Source of the DNA: Eledone cirrhosa | Taxonomy: Eukaryota | NCBI GenBank assembly: GCA_964016885.1 | Contig: OZ024743.1 | Location: 313,720,001 to 313,784,000 of the forward strand | Length of the DNA stretch: 64,000 nt | Reading direction: 5' to 3' | Shown here: positions 38,251-52,611 of the stretch, piece by piece | How the letters are laid out: each line of letters starts with the position of its first letter | Position numbering within the stretch: position 1 is the stretch's first letter | Translations under genes and position numbers: made by a program | Notes under the pieces: generated by a model | Database searches by the model: none | What the model was told of the DNA's origin: nothing | The model's input: the letters and a program-made list of their open reading frames with translations, nothing else

Positions 38251-38670
38251 AGATCAAAAGATGGTTAAAGGAGTTCCATATATTTTCTTATGCGCATTTC
38301 AAAAACAAACATCATCAAGCAATAATATTTGTGTTTTCATCAGATAAAACAGGAGAACATGATATGAAGGCTAAAAAAACACTTGTTGATAGTGCAGTTG
38401 TAAATCAACATATCCTATGTTGATTTAAAACTGCACTATCAACAAGTGTTTTTTTAGCCTTCATATCATGTTCTCCTGTTTTATCTGATGAAAACACAAA
38501 TATTATTGCTTGATGATGTTTGTTTTTGAAATGCGCATAATAAAATATATGGAACTCCTTTAACCATCTTTTGATCTTATATTATGCATACTCCAGTCCC
38601 ACAAACTGTAGAGTGCTTCTTATCCGATATCTGCATTGCTTTATTGTACTACAATAAAACTCACCTCCTA
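38244..38670 (+). mobile_element. Fold-back pLTR (arms ~38244-38410/38418-38584) plus ~87-nt tail ending at (TA)n
   Basis: Near-perfect palindrome; another copy at 39478-39672 and a solo tail at 13253. Confidence 0.85.
38470..38555 (+). ncRNA. Type I hammerhead ribozyme (mirror copies ~38283-38350 and ~39517-39584 on -)
   Basis: TTTTAT-CTGATGA-16-bp stem II (AAACACAAATATTATT gctt GATGATGTTTGTTTTT, one mismatch)-GAAA-TGCGCA-TA-ATAAAA; distal stem I GTTC../..GGAAC. Confidence 0.85.
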
Positions 38671-38671
38671 C

Positions 38672-38702
<31 letters not shown>

Positions 38703-38798
38703 TATATACTGAAGTAAAAGTTAAGTGCAAATATCCAAGAGTAAGAGCACTCAGTCCGTAGGACGCGTATAGTATAAATAATTACAACAGTGACATAA

Positions 38799-38848
38799 AC
38801 AGGTACTCATGTTTCGTTGGGTTCTGGGCCCCAATTTCTTCAGCCTGT
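38799..38848 (-). ncRNA. Type I hammerhead ribozyme
   Basis: RC: ACAGG-CTGAAGA-AA TTGGG..CCCAA C-GAAA-C atga G-TA-CCTGT; lies ~90 nt upstream of a TA tract. Confidence 0.75.
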
Positions 38849-39304
38849 CATGAGAAAAATAAAAAAACAAAGATGGCCGCCTATGGTTGATTGTGGTTTC
38901 CCTATGGGGATATAAAACAAGAGTTTACGCAGGGGCAGGTAATTTAGAAAAAGTATAGAATAAACGGTTTAAATAAAATAGGGTAAAATATAAGAGCGGT
39001 AACACTTGAGAGACAACAGTCAATTCAGAGTAGAAATAGAAGCACAATAATTTCTTCTAGTTGTCTCCAGGGATCACATTTCACTGAAATACAATATAGT
39101 CAGTAGCTCGAAACATACTTCTGGACCTGTTAGTCAGGCCTAAGCCATTTAGCCAAAATATATTTCTTCACATGGGGACAACCGCCAAAGCAATCCAGTA
39201 ACGTGTTGAGGCGGTACTTATCCTACGTCAATTGGGAGAGTATCCACCATTTTTAGGAAATATGGTAAAAGAGTAAAAGAGCATATATATATATATATTT
39301 ATAT

Positions 39305-39745
<441 letters not shown>

Positions 39746-39796
39746 GAAAGAGTGAAGAATAACATGGTCAACAGTACAAAAAAGGGGTTTTATTTA

Positions 39797-39910
39797 CAGT
39801 ATTAACAATTGTTTCACTGATTAAGTTGTCTAAAAATTGCTGAACACTTGGAGCTGTGGCACTCAATTTTAAATACGTTGTTAGCTTAACCAGATCATCA
39901 GAAAGGACTG
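39797..39910 (-). ncRNA. Type I hammerhead with long stem II, inside fold-back unit 39746-40055
   Basis: RC: CAGT cct TT-CTGATGA-T CTGGTTAAG..CTTAATCAG T-GAAA-CAATTG-TT-AA t ACTG; inverted partial copy at 39985-40055. Confidence 0.7.
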
Positions 39911-41409
39911 TTAAAAATATGCTCAGCGTTTACGAATTCAAATTACAACATCATTAATAAAGAAGGAGAGAGAGAAAAGAAAGATCAGTGAAACAATTGT
40001 TAATACTGTAAATAAAACCCTTTTTGTACTGTTGACCATGTTATTCTTCACTATTTCAATATTATTACTCCAAGATAAACTTACATAGGAATTCAAGAGA
40101 AGTCACAATTTCGCCACCTACGGAAACCTCTTGAGTTTGATTCCTGGCAGCGTGCTTTGTCTTTGAGCAAAGTATTTTATTTCTTGTTAATCCAGTCCAT
40201 TCAGATGGTAAAGAGAATTTGTACCTGCAACTAAAATCCCTGTTTTGTAATTCAGTGTGTCACTGACAAATACGCTAATGCTACACCTGTGTGTAGAATA
40301 TTTACTGAGGCACTTGCAAGATAATTTCATGAGCAATTCGGTCGGAAATTCGAACAGCTGGAACACTCGTCGCCGGAACTGACGGAGGCTCAAAACGCGC
40401 GCGCGCTCCCATAAGATACGTTTATATAAGATACGTTTATAATCAATTGCAAAGCAGCATCATATTTGCAACATTTGTCTAGTCTGCATTAAACATTAAC
40501 GTAAAGTTATGATTTACAGAGAATATATTTAGCAATTCTCGGAGATTCTGTCCCCCTTTCATTAAATCCCTTATGCAAATCTTCGAAAATCTACAGCATT
40601 GTACGTACATGTGAGTTTGTACGCGTGTTTGTGTGGGCGCGTGCGTGTTCATAGCATTAACGATGAATAACGTGGGTGAATCGTTTAGTTAAGTTGGTTG
40701 TAAGATAGTTGTTGTTTCAGTAGTTTTCAGCATTCATCACTTCTGTGCAATGTGGGCGTCAGCTAAGAATCATATTTAATGCGTAGGTGACGAATTGGTA
40801 GTTATTACAGCGTTGGATAACATGCTTGATTGTATTCAATCTGGTCTTCTGTGCTCTGTGTTCAAACATCGCCGAGGGCAGTTTGCGATCAGTAAATAAT
40901 GCACGTGTCTACTATTGGGATTGATGCATCTTCCCTCTCACTTTCCCCACTCATCCACCTGAACTATCTATCTGTCTCTGTTTCTCTCTCTCTCGACGAA
41001 ATATGTTGTGTATAAACGAAGAGAGGGATGGAAGCCGCCAGGCTTAAATACCCAAGACTCATCAAGAAATCATATGATTTGTGGACTGAGATATCCAATG
41101 TAATAGCTTTTTTCTGAGATTTTCAGCAAAATATTTTGTAACATTTAGTTACTACTCTTGACGATCTGAGTTCACATCTTTTCAATTTCGCCTTTCAATC
41201 TTCATAAGGTTTAAGTACATGTCAAATACTGCGGTTAAATCCATTGATTAATACGGGTGTGCCAAGTGATTATTTAAGCAAGATTGCTGAGGCAGAGGCA
41301 TCGCTGCCATGCGGTCAACGTTCAGTCACACGGTGCGAGATCTCAGGTATGAGTCTTCTACTAAAGCTTTGAATTCAGTGTTTGCGAGTGAAATTTGATG
41401 ATCGAAAAC

Positions 41410-41830
<421 letters not shown>

Positions 41831-44654
41831 TGTATGTGAATACGTTTAAGTTTTAATGTTCCGTAAATTGTTAGTTAATTACAGTGATTATATTTCTCTA
41901 TAAGCCTCCCATCATATATATGAGAAACGTTAAATCCTATACAAAATCGATAAAATAATCGATAAAATAAATACCACTTTTGAAAAACACATTCTGCTCG
42001 AGAAAAGCCCTTCATGGCAGTGCCCAAGCATGGTCATAGTCTAATGACTGAAACTATTAAATAAAAGAGCAAATGTCTACAGCTGAGAAATATCTACTCT
42101 TCGTTTTGCTTGAAATCTAATAGTGGGTGAGAATATGATCTGTAGTAGATGAAGTATTACTAAGAGCAGTAGCGACCCAGGTACTATTTGAGATAAATGA
42201 TATAAGGGCAATATAACGCCATACAAATCTTCTAATTAAGGTGCTATAGGATGAGTCTGTGATACCGCTTTCGAGGTAATTCAGTAAAAAGATATGCACA
42301 ACATGTCTCTTCACGCAGAGTTTAACTCAAGTGTTTAGAAGCTAAATTTATAGTTTCTTCCAATCTTTCATTACATCTATCATAATTTCCAATCAATTCA
42401 CCTTCCATAAAGTTACAGACAGAGACGCATTAAACTTTCAAAGGATAACGAATCGATTAGATTTTCCGATCTATGTTACTTCATCGACATAGAAATTGAT
42501 TAGCCAATATCTGTTCCATAAAACAAAACCTTCAATGAATAGCTGTCTTTGACAAAATAATACAGAATATGATATGCAATAACTTTGATAAATCTAACCT
42601 GGGTTTATGTGGTGATGAGAGAAATCCAATATCATCGAAATGCTAATAAAAGATTACAAAGGTTAGATACTTCCACTTAATCTCGATAAATTAACTGCAA
42701 CGTATCAATAGATAAAACCATTAATATAAAAAGTAAATCGATAGATATATGTAACAGAAAAAGAAAGAATTTTCTGTATGTTTAATATTCGCACAATGAT
42801 GATGATGCGCTGAAAAGGTGATTTCTATCCGAAATAATCACTCTTCTATTCTTAAAACTTTTGATAGCGGGCTGTCTGAAAATGAAATTGCTTCTATTAT
42901 AAGTGTTTATATTTATATAAAACCGTTCCATCGTGATTTTATACAGGAGTTTTTGTCAAGTTATTTTCTAAGCACCAGCTTAATAATGAGAAAGTTAGTT
43001 AATTACAATGATTATATTTCTCTATAAGCCTCCCATCATAATTGTATATGAGAAACGTTAAATCTTATACAAAAGAGCAGCGTAATAATGAGAAAGTTAG
43101 TTCTATTACTAAATCTCTTCAAACCACCTCCCCACTTCTTTTGATTGTGATGGATATGGTTCTCCGCTATTTTGTAGTAGTTTTAACATTCAGTAAATAT
43201 GTAGGAATAAATGAAGCGTTACGTGGAAATTGTAACTTGGAAGTTACAATTTGTGTTTGTTTTATTGAAATTTAGTATGTCTAACATTACACTTGCTATT
43301 ATCTTTGCTAACTTTCTGAAGAGGTATATATTTATAGGTCTGCATAAAGCAGCAATGCTCAAAGCATTGACATGCCTTTCATGACCAGAGCGATAAATGC
43401 CATTGTTGTTCTCTTGAACATGTTCAAGGTCTACATTTTTTGAAACAAAAAAACAAGAATAAACGTTGAGTCTGCTATTTTTTGTAACTGTCTCCTGTAA
43501 ATATTTGATACATTTACATGAGGTGCGGTGTGTGGTATAAACAAGAATAGAAGTAGCACGACATGCGTTGAATCAAAACAAACAACTGCGAAACTCAATA
43601 GAAAATTGGAAATGAGCTTACAAAAAAAAAATAAAAAAAAATGAGAAACAAATGGAAATGAGAAACAAATATAAAAAGAAACATAAACATTTGGCAATAA
43701 AGTCTCAAAGATAGAAAATATCCACAATGTTAAGTCCCAAAATGACATTTTTCATGAAATAATTAACAGCTATAACAACATTATTGGGCACGCGCATACG
43801 GTTTGACACTAACAAGCAGATACAACTATCGTTCGCGAATGTAGTATCCAATATTGCATTTTTGCCAAAAGAATATATCTAGTATCGGGCTTGCAGCAAA
43901 TTAATAGTCACGCAACGGCTTTTTTATGCATTCAAAAATGAATTGAAAGAAGCGCTATCTGCCGTTTGAATTACGATGCTTTGTATAGAAAAGAATATAG
44001 CGAATAGAACCGCCTGTTAGACTTTCAGGAGCTAGAATGAAGCGGAAAGACAAGGAGAAATAATGTGCGAATACCCGTCTCACTAGCTTGTACTCCAGTA
44101 CATGTAAGGGCTAACATAAAAAGGCATAGCCTACCGATGGGCCATAGTTGTCTTTGTTAAACTATAAGTAGCAAAGTAATGAGAAATGGAATATGGTCGT
44201 GAAGTGAGGATATGGATTTGTAAGTACACATGAATGAGAAGCAATAAGACTGACGCTGCAAGGCAGAAAGCCCAGTTGTTACAAAAGCAACTTGAGGGCT
44301 TTCTGATCCAAGGGTCTTAAAACTAGACCAAGTATTTGAGCAAGGAACTGGGGGCGTATCCTGAATGGTAGGTTAGCTGAAAGGTTAGGTATTTTGACTC
44401 AATTTAACTATTGGGCTCCCACCTGTGTATGTGGGCAACCTTCAGGTTTCATATCATATAATTTGTTAATTATCGTGTTTCCTAATAATGCTAAACATAT
44501 TTCATACTTTACTAATTCATATGTCTATCTTATAACTTTCTTGCTACTACCCTCGTTTTATATTGTATTGTAAACTTTAATTTTATGATGTTTACTTTAT
44601 TCTATGTGATATGATTTGTAGCCAATATAGAAATCCTTATTATTATTGTTATAA

Positions 44655-44840
44655 GGGCGGTGGTTTGGCAGTATCGGTAGAGCGTCAGATACCATGTTTT
44701 GCAGCATAAATCTATGGCTCTTTACGTTCTGAGTTCGTATCCACTGAGGTTAACTCTGCCTTTCATACTTAAGGGGTCGATAAAATAAAGTACCAGTAAT
44801 ACACTGGGGTAATTGCTGGTCTTGTGCCAAAAGTAGAAAC
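44655..44840 (+). mobile_element. tRNA-derived SINE
   Basis: Same family as 28807 and 50181. Confidence 0.85.
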
Positions 44841-44841
44841 A

Positions 44842-45735
44842 TGTCACAGGCACTCAAGATCTGTGCTATACTTTCCTAATAATTGGTACAGCCCAGTCAT
44901 TGATAGTGGTAATACAATTCTTCTCATTTAATTTCGTTTTCAGTAGCAGTTCTAGCCTGTTTAGATATTCTTCCTTCACATTTCCTTTCAAATTCTGATT
45001 TAAAACTTTGTCAAGATCCAAGATGCCCAGATATTTGTACCCACTATCTTCAGGGTCACCAAGTGTCTCCTCATCAGGTAACCTATTCCCACCGCTATGT
45101 ACATGACTAGTTCTGTTCATATTCACGGTGGCACATATTGCGACACCAAATTCTATTCCAATGTCCCTGCAACGCCATTGGATATTTCTGAACAGCACGT
45201 GAACCTGAGATTTATTCCTGCCAAAGTGTTTCAGATCATCCTTGAAAAGTAGATAATTGACCTTAAGTCCTCTGCTTTCCATCTGATAGCCAATATGTGT
45301 ATCTTGTAAGACCATTGTTAGTTGAATCATGGCAATCGCAGAGAGCAATAATGAGAAGGAATCTCCTTGCAATGTTCCTCTTATATTGACCACACACAAC
45401 TGTTTATTTCCTGCATGCAGTCTTGTCTTCCACAAAGGCATGCTAGACACCATTGCATTAATAACACAGTCTGGTATCCCAAACATGTTCAAACATTTCA
45501 CTACCCATGAATGTGGGACCATGTCAAAGGCTTCCTTAAAGTCTATCCAAGCAATGCATATTTAGACGTCTTGTGCAGATATTTATGATTGCCTTGTCAA
45601 TAGTAAGATGGTATTTGATTCGCTGGGAATAATTCCTACACACCTTCTGCTCGACATATAGAATATCATTCTGAAGCAAGTGATCATAAACTTTTGCAGC
45701 AAGAATGCCAGGCAACTGCCTCCAAAGAAAATTAA
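44842..45735 (-). mobile_element. Old R4/Dong-like RT fragment (family C), decayed
   Basis: ORF 44866-45522: MVPHSW..QGDSFS..NYLLFKDDLK..YKYLGIL..INDWAVPIIR. Upstream frames give ISCL/LWK-like and AWIDFKEAFD; preceded on the minus strand by (TAG/TGG)n. Confidence 0.85.
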
Positions 45736-45752
45736 TACTACTACTGGTGCTG

Positions 45753-45812
<60 letters not shown>

Positions 45813-45894
45813 CGCCGCCACCACCACCACCACCACCACCACTACTACTACTACTACTACCACCACCACCACCACCACCACCACCACCACCACC

Positions 45895-45929
<35 letters not shown>

Positions 45930-45941
45930 CATCATCATCAT
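45735..45941. repeat. (CTA)n/(CCA)n compound microsatellite
   Basis: Read directly. Confidence 0.95.
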
Positions 45942-46826
45942 CGACTTGTGGTGATTAGATAGCAGCGAAGCACCATGTTGTCTCTAGTAATATTTCAATC
46001 GCGACATTTTCTATCAACTTTCATATATACATAAATCTCTTATACAGTCATGTTAATGACTATGTTTACTTATAATGTGTATACAATAACATGTGTAGGT
46101 ACATCGCTTCTACGATATGTTTTACTATAAAATATACCTAATGTTTATGTTAGTAATATAGTCTATCGAGCTCCTCTTATCTACCATATTTTAGCCAATG
46201 TGTTTTATACACTGTTAGTAACATGTTTTATCTATTTAAAAGGAAAACATTCTTGATATTTCTCACAGGTAATTTCCTGACACTAATGTGTATCTATTCT
46301 AGCTATTCTATGGTAACACATAATTTTTTACCTAAAGTTTTGTTGATATACCACTTCAAACTTTGCTGCAAATTACATTTTACGATTTAACAGTTTCGTT
46401 TCCTGTCAAATGTCTAATGAGTTAACTGATTAAAATAACTATGGTAGTTAATCATTTTACCGTACCCATGATCATATAGTCAGTAGATGAGTTATTTAGA
46501 CGTTTATGGTTTCGTTTATAGTTTCATATTTTATATCTTAACGTTTAAACTAACCTGGAGTTCATTTCATCTTTTATTAAATACTAGTGAGACCCACCAA
46601 AAACGTTATTCATTTGAATAATTTAGGCGAAGGAATGTGGGAAAGTATGGAGTTTAAAGTCAGACAATAGATACATTGAAGGGAAAGAGAAGGGAGATTT
46701 TCTAGACTAGCGGATGAAAGGCCATTGGCATCCTTAGGAATTTAAAGATCAATATTCATCAGTCTCTCTCTCTTTCAGTCTACCTCTGGTCATGAAATTT
46801 GAATTTTATTAAGAATTATCATCATC

Positions 46827-46939
<113 letters not shown>

Positions 46940-47132
46940 CGAAGGAAATGTGGTAAGGAACCAGGTGGACCATAACGCACCAAAGTACTCAATGAGTCCA
47001 GAATTAGCCGTCGAAACGGCTTGAGCTCAGCTGTCGGGGTCTTACTGGTTCATATATATATATATAAAGAGATGAAATCGAAAATGCAACTGGAGTATTA
47101 TTTTTTTTTTAAATATATATATTTATTTGCTT

Positions 47133-47170
47133 CCTTTACCGGTTTCGCAGTTCTTTTGCTTTTCAAAAGG
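47133..47170 (-). ncRNA. Minimal hammerhead, U3-A8 core
   Basis: RC: CCTT-TTGAAAA-GCA aaagaac TGC-GAAA-CCGG-TA-AAGG. Confidence 0.75.
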
Positions 47171-47682
47171 TGAGTTGAGATGGAGGGTCTGTGGTTTTTC
47201 TCACATCTGGTTGGTCTCTGAATGTTACTTGTTTTATATGGAAAAAGTGGCTCGAAATGCCAGGTTTTTCGAGAAGTAACTTGATTGGTTTGTCAATAAT
47301 TATAATAAATTTCGCGCCAGTTCGCGTTACAATAGTTCTTCAAATAAGAGAGAGGGGGGGGGGGTTGTCACAGGTTGTTTTTTCATATATGAGTGTTTGA
47401 ATTTCTTTTTACTTGAAAAAAGGAGGCTCACGAAGGCTTTTTTTTGGTTGGTTATAAATGAAATTTGGCTGTCACGTGAACAAGTTTTCATTACATTTTT
47501 GCGCCCTTATTTGGAAAACTATTCTGTAGTCTTTATAGTGAATGTTATGACAATGGAGAGATAGTGGTCAATAGAAAAGGGATTGGGAGAATTGTTCTGG
47601 ATCAGTGAATATGGCCAGCTCGCCGGGGTGTCAGAGTTCAGATTTTCTATTGAAGTGAAGATATGTATGTTTATTTGTGTGC

Positions 47683-47782
<100 letters not shown>

Positions 47783-48256
47783 TGGAAGATGATTCTATTA
47801 GTAGAGATGAGGGAGGGAGTTGTGTGTGTGTGTATATGGGTGTTATGTGTGTGTGTGCGAGTATGTTAAGATGGAGAGAATATATATTTTGTGTGTGTGT
47901 ATATATATATGTGTGTAGGAAAGTGGTTCTATTAGTAGAAATGGGGAGGGAGTTGTAGGTGTGGGGGTTGTTATGTGTGTGTATGGGTGTTATGTGTGTG
48001 GGAGTATGGTTAGCATGTTAAGATGAAGAGAATATATATATATATTGTGTGTGTGTGTATGTGTGTGTGTAGGAAAGTGATTCCTTTAGTATGAATATTT
48101 TTGAATGAACATATTTTCCTTACTTTTTCGTGTTTGCTGTTGTATTGCCAGTGCAAACGTATGTTAAGGTTTATTTAGTTCGGGTTTTTATTTTCTAAAG
48201 TAGAAGGTGTTATGTGTGTGTGTGTATGTCATATTGTGGTGTTGACATAATGTATA

Positions 48257-48958
48257 TTAAACCTTATTTAATGTTGGTTTATATTTTTGAATAAACATAT
48301 TTTCCTTATTTATTCGCATTTGTTTTGTTGTATTGTTAGCGCAAAGGTAAAATGGGAAGACTTGGAATTTGGATGTCTTATTACTTGCGCAAATGTCTAG
48401 ATGTGCACTTAGTGGTATCTGTCTCGTGGTTGGATCTCGTAATTGTTGGCGATGAACTGTCATTCTGTTTCTGAGTGTGAGTTTAGTTTGTCCTATATAA
48501 TCTTCATTGCATCCTTTACATTTAATGGCATAAAGTAGATTTTTTGATGAGCAAGTGAAGTGATTTTTTACAGTAAAATTTTGTCCTGATTTAAATGTAT
48601 ACGTGTTGCCTTCAATGAGGTGAGTGCAGGTTCCACAATTAGAGCGACCACATTTTTTGATACTTGGTTGTGGGTTTGTGGTAGGTAATTTGGCATTGGT
48701 GAGTAATGTTTTCAGTGATTTTGGTTGTCTCTTGCTTTTGATTATTTTGTGTGTTTCAAGGGCTTTTTTCATTCTTGGGTTTTGTTTTAGTAGTGGAATG
48801 TTATTGTGAATAGTGTTGTAAGCTTCCGCATTTCTTGGGTTGTGTGTTGAGATATATGATAAAATATTGGACGTACCTTGAATTTGTTTCTGTTTCCGTA
48901 ATTCATCAATGCCTATTGCTTTAGCCCTTTCTATTCCATTATTTATTAGTAATAGTGG

Positions 48959-48961
<3 letters not shown>
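48257..48961 (-). CDS. PLE C-terminus: RT thumb end, Cys-rich linker and GIY-YIG endonuclease (Neptune-like)
   Basis: YPLLLI..KRQPKSLKTLL..CGRSNCGTC..FTCSSKNLLYAIKCKGCNEDYIGQT..LRNRMTVHR..HLD..KENMFIQKYKPTLN. The called ORF's first ~40 aa are SINE and microsatellite sequence. Confidence 0.88.
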
Positions 48962-49041
<80 letters not shown>

Positions 49042-49042
<1 letters not shown>

Positions 49043-49160
49043 AAGGCGTGTGGCTGAGTGGTTAGAGAATTGGATTCGCAATCGTGAGGTTGTGAGTTCA
49101 ATTCCTGGACCGGGCGATGCGTTATCTCCTTGAGCAAGACACTTTATTTCACGTTGCTCC
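49042..49160 (+). mobile_element. CORE-like SINE 5' part
   Basis: A box TGGCTGAGTGG and B box GAGTTCAATTCC; matches 18021-18140. Confidence 0.8.
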
Positions 49161-49255
49161 TTCTACCTGGAGTTGCGACCGATAGATAGTATTAGCAATT
49201 GGAAAGACCAACGGAAACATTGTTTCCACGGTCCGATTTGACGAAAGTCGATCGA

Positions 49256-49294
<39 letters not shown>

Positions 49295-50180
49295 CTCTCT
49301 CTCAAAACAACAGCAGAACATTTTGCAGGATGTTATCTTCTCTAATGCTTTTCCATGCTTTACATTCTCCCTCCGTCTTTCTGTAGTAATGGAAATGTTA
49401 TTCTATTACTCATCTCCTACATCACTTTCTCGAGTTGTTTCTCTCAAACAAGAAATTCTCTGTGAGGCAGTAGAAGAAAATATATGTTAGTAAAGTCATA
49501 CAAAGAAGGAGCATAGAATCATAATACTGAGAAAAGATACTGAGAAAAAAATGTATAAAATGGTCTCCATAGACAAATATGCAGACTCACAGATACACGA
49601 TGTATACTATTATATTAGACTACCATAGTACTTTGCGCTGCCCTTACTATACACGTTTGATATTTCATCAAGCAATCGTCATTAAACATTTGATTATATA
49701 TGAATTTTCATCAAACACACATACTTGATATTGTATCAAACATTTTACTATCAAACAAACATTTTCAATATTTCAGTAAATATCAATATTCAGGTTTTAT
49801 CAAACATACATCTATGATAATTCATAAAAAATACTTGTTTCATATATTTCGAAACAAATATTCCATCAAACACACATGAAACATTCTCACGCAAAAATGT
49901 TTCATATGTGTCATAAAATATTTAAGTTTCATCAATCTTACACCTCTTTGATATTTATACATCTCACCAGACTTATTCGTTTTTGATACTTAATTTAAAA
50001 TATCTTTGATCAAACATTTTAAAATTTCTCTCACAGGGCATTGGTCAGTCTGAGGCTATAATAGAAAACACTGAAGGTGCCATTCTGTGAGTATGAACAC
50101 GAAACGACGTGGTTGCAAAACGAACTCCGTAAACTCAGTTATGTTCGAACGTATTTTTCTGTCAATATTCCCTTATCAAG

Positions 50181-50364
50181 GGCGGTGAATTGGCAGTATC
50201 GGTAGAGGGTCGGGTGCCATGCTTTGCAGCACAGTTACGTCCCTTTACGGACTGAGTTCAAATCCCGCCGAGGTTAACTTTGCCTTTCATCCTTACGAGG
50301 TCGATAAAATAAAGTACCAGTAATACACTGGATAATTGCTGGCCTTGTGCCAAAAGTAGAAACA
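50181..50364 (+). mobile_element. tRNA-derived SINE with 17-bp target-site duplication
   Basis: TSD AATATTCCCTTATCAAG at 50164-50180 and 50365-50381. Confidence 0.93.
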
Positions 50365-50541
50365 AATATTCCCTTATCAAGTTCTGAGATATTTTAATAA
50401 AGCCCAAGTAAGAATTTATTTCTCTTTTTGACCCTGCTCATTTGATGGAGTTGCAGAGGTTCAGTAAAATATGGTGGAATTCATCTCTTGCTCAGAACTA
50501 AACACAGGCAATTTTAAGTATCGGTGGGTGTGTGTTTGTGC

Positions 50542-50575
<34 letters not shown>

Positions 50576-50919
50576 GGTGAAGAATGGAAGGGAGAGTTGA
50601 GAAGAATGTGAGAGAAAGAGTGTGAAAAAAGATATAGGAAGAATCTACCACAGTCAGAAGTGAATGATAAATTATTTATCGTTCTTAAACGAATGAAAGG
50701 CATAGTATATTTCGGTGCAGAGTGAGTTGAAACGATCGAATGCTGCAAATTAGTCTATCCGATTTTCTAACGACTCGCAAGAACAGAAAATGTGTTGGAC
50801 CTCCGTCGGTTACGATGATGTGTATTCCAGTTGGTCGGAACAAGGGAACAGTCTGATCATAGAATTCTGATGTAAATACAGAGTCTTTCAAAAACACCTG
50901 TACCCTCAGGGAGATTCAG

Positions 50920-51035
50920 CAACGTGAAATAAAATGCTTTGCTCAAGGACACATCATACCACTCAGTCCGGGAAAAAAGTTAGAGCTTTACGATTATAAG
51001 CTCAAATATCCTAACCACTAAGCCATGTAACTTCA
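50920..51035 (-). mobile_element. CORE-like SINE 5' part, diverged
   Basis: RC: ATGGCTTAGTGGTTAGG..GTCCTTGAGCAAAGCATTTTATTTCACGTTGCT. Confidence 0.65.
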
Positions 51036-52074
51036 CATAAAGAAAGGAATACTAAACTAAGTCTGAGACCTTCATTTGACATTATTTGCTTCAAGTATAT
51101 CTGAGAAGTCTTCTATAAAAGGTTAGGTTATCTCTTCTTCAGGAGAAAACAAATGCTAGCTTATCGATTAATAATTAATGGCTGCCGAACAACTCAAAGA
51201 CGTAGAGACGAAATGTTAAGTAGGTTTCGCATGAGGAGACTCATATTTACATCAGGCTCTAAATCTAATTGTACAAGTAATTAAAAGTTCCCCAATCTTT
51301 ATTATTTCTTTTACTAATCTACATTAGGGCAACTTACCAAAAATGTGAAGTTTACATCAAGATTAAGTCGGTAACGTTTATATTTCGAGTGTGTGATAGA
51401 TATTAACAATGCTGAGTGCATGATACAGTCATTTTGCAATCTTACTTGTCTCTCAGTTCATTTGTTTCTCAAAATTTCCTCATGAATTAAGATGGTGGCA
51501 AAATGTCAGAAAGTAATCCTATGCTTGGGTATAAAATTCTTTTGCCTGTTTATAGAGGTATTGCATTGAAAGATTCGGAAATTTTAATATACACACACAC
51601 ACTCGCACGCACAAACACACACACACACACACACATGCACGCAGAAACAAACACACACTTATATATACATGCATATATATGTCCCTATGTGATCAACAGC
51701 TGAGAGAAAGGAGTAGTTAATACCGAAGTAGAGTTTTAATATTCATAGTATTGAGGCTAAATAGTGAGTCTTGTTACTCTGGAGATTCGCCTGTTTATCA
51801 CAGGATGATCAGTTAAGAACTAACAATTCAATAGCAAACACAATATAAATAAAGGAAGACTTGAGATGAGAGAGAGAGAGTTTTAAATGAGGAGGGGTAA
51901 TAAAGATAGGGTCAAGAGGGTGGTGGGGGCAGTGGGAAGAATAGCGCTGTGTGAAGAAGATAATGGAGGATACAATGGTCATACAATTTTAACGGGAAGT
52001 AGGTGATGAATGTGAAGAAGGGTGTATAGGGTGTTAGGGAAGAGGTTGGTGTGATAGGCGGGATGGAAGGGTGG

Positions 52075-52330
52075 AATGGTATATACATACTTAGTCGCTT
52101 CGGCCACATTCCTCGGTACTGCGGCCCGCCTTGCAGAAGAACGGAAAATGAAAAATCCTACCGGGGTCTGTCCGGCCGCTTCCTCTTCGCACCGGTCGCC
52201 GTTGAGACCTCAGGCGTACTTGGACCCCGTACAAACGAGTTACTTCGCAAGATCGGAATGTCGACAGCCGGTCTGAGGAAGGAGCCCCGCGAGGTGGAGT
52301 TGCTGTTCCAATTAATCGGATGGTAAACCA
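52075..52330 (+). mobile_element. CRE-like non-LTR retrotransposon RLE C-terminal fragment
   Basis: Two frames join to AARLAEERK..YRGLSGRFLFAPVAVETSGVLGP..LLRKIG (K..KY..F.P.AVET.G..G signature); GC-rich patch. Confidence 0.65.
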
Positions 52331-52611
52331 CGGAAGTGGAGACTTGGATTTTCAACAAGGAAGAAGTTCCAGCGATCCGTATTTACACTTCAAGTTCAAA
52401 TCAGCGACTGGCCAGCAGCACGTGCTATATTTACTAGAAATACGCACATCATACTAGCTTCGTCCCAGTGGCGTGAATAGGGTTATCGACAACTATAAAC
52501 AGCAGTCGAGTCCATTCAACAGAGTTAGCTCTACAATTAAGCAGCCGTATTTTATATCTATATCCAAAATTAAGATAAATCAAATGAATTTAATCTAAAT
52601 CAAAATTATGG

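Noticed and set aside
48962-49081. N-terminus of the 274-aa GIY-YIG ORF
   Set aside because: It derives from an antisense SINE head and microsatellite, not from the protein.
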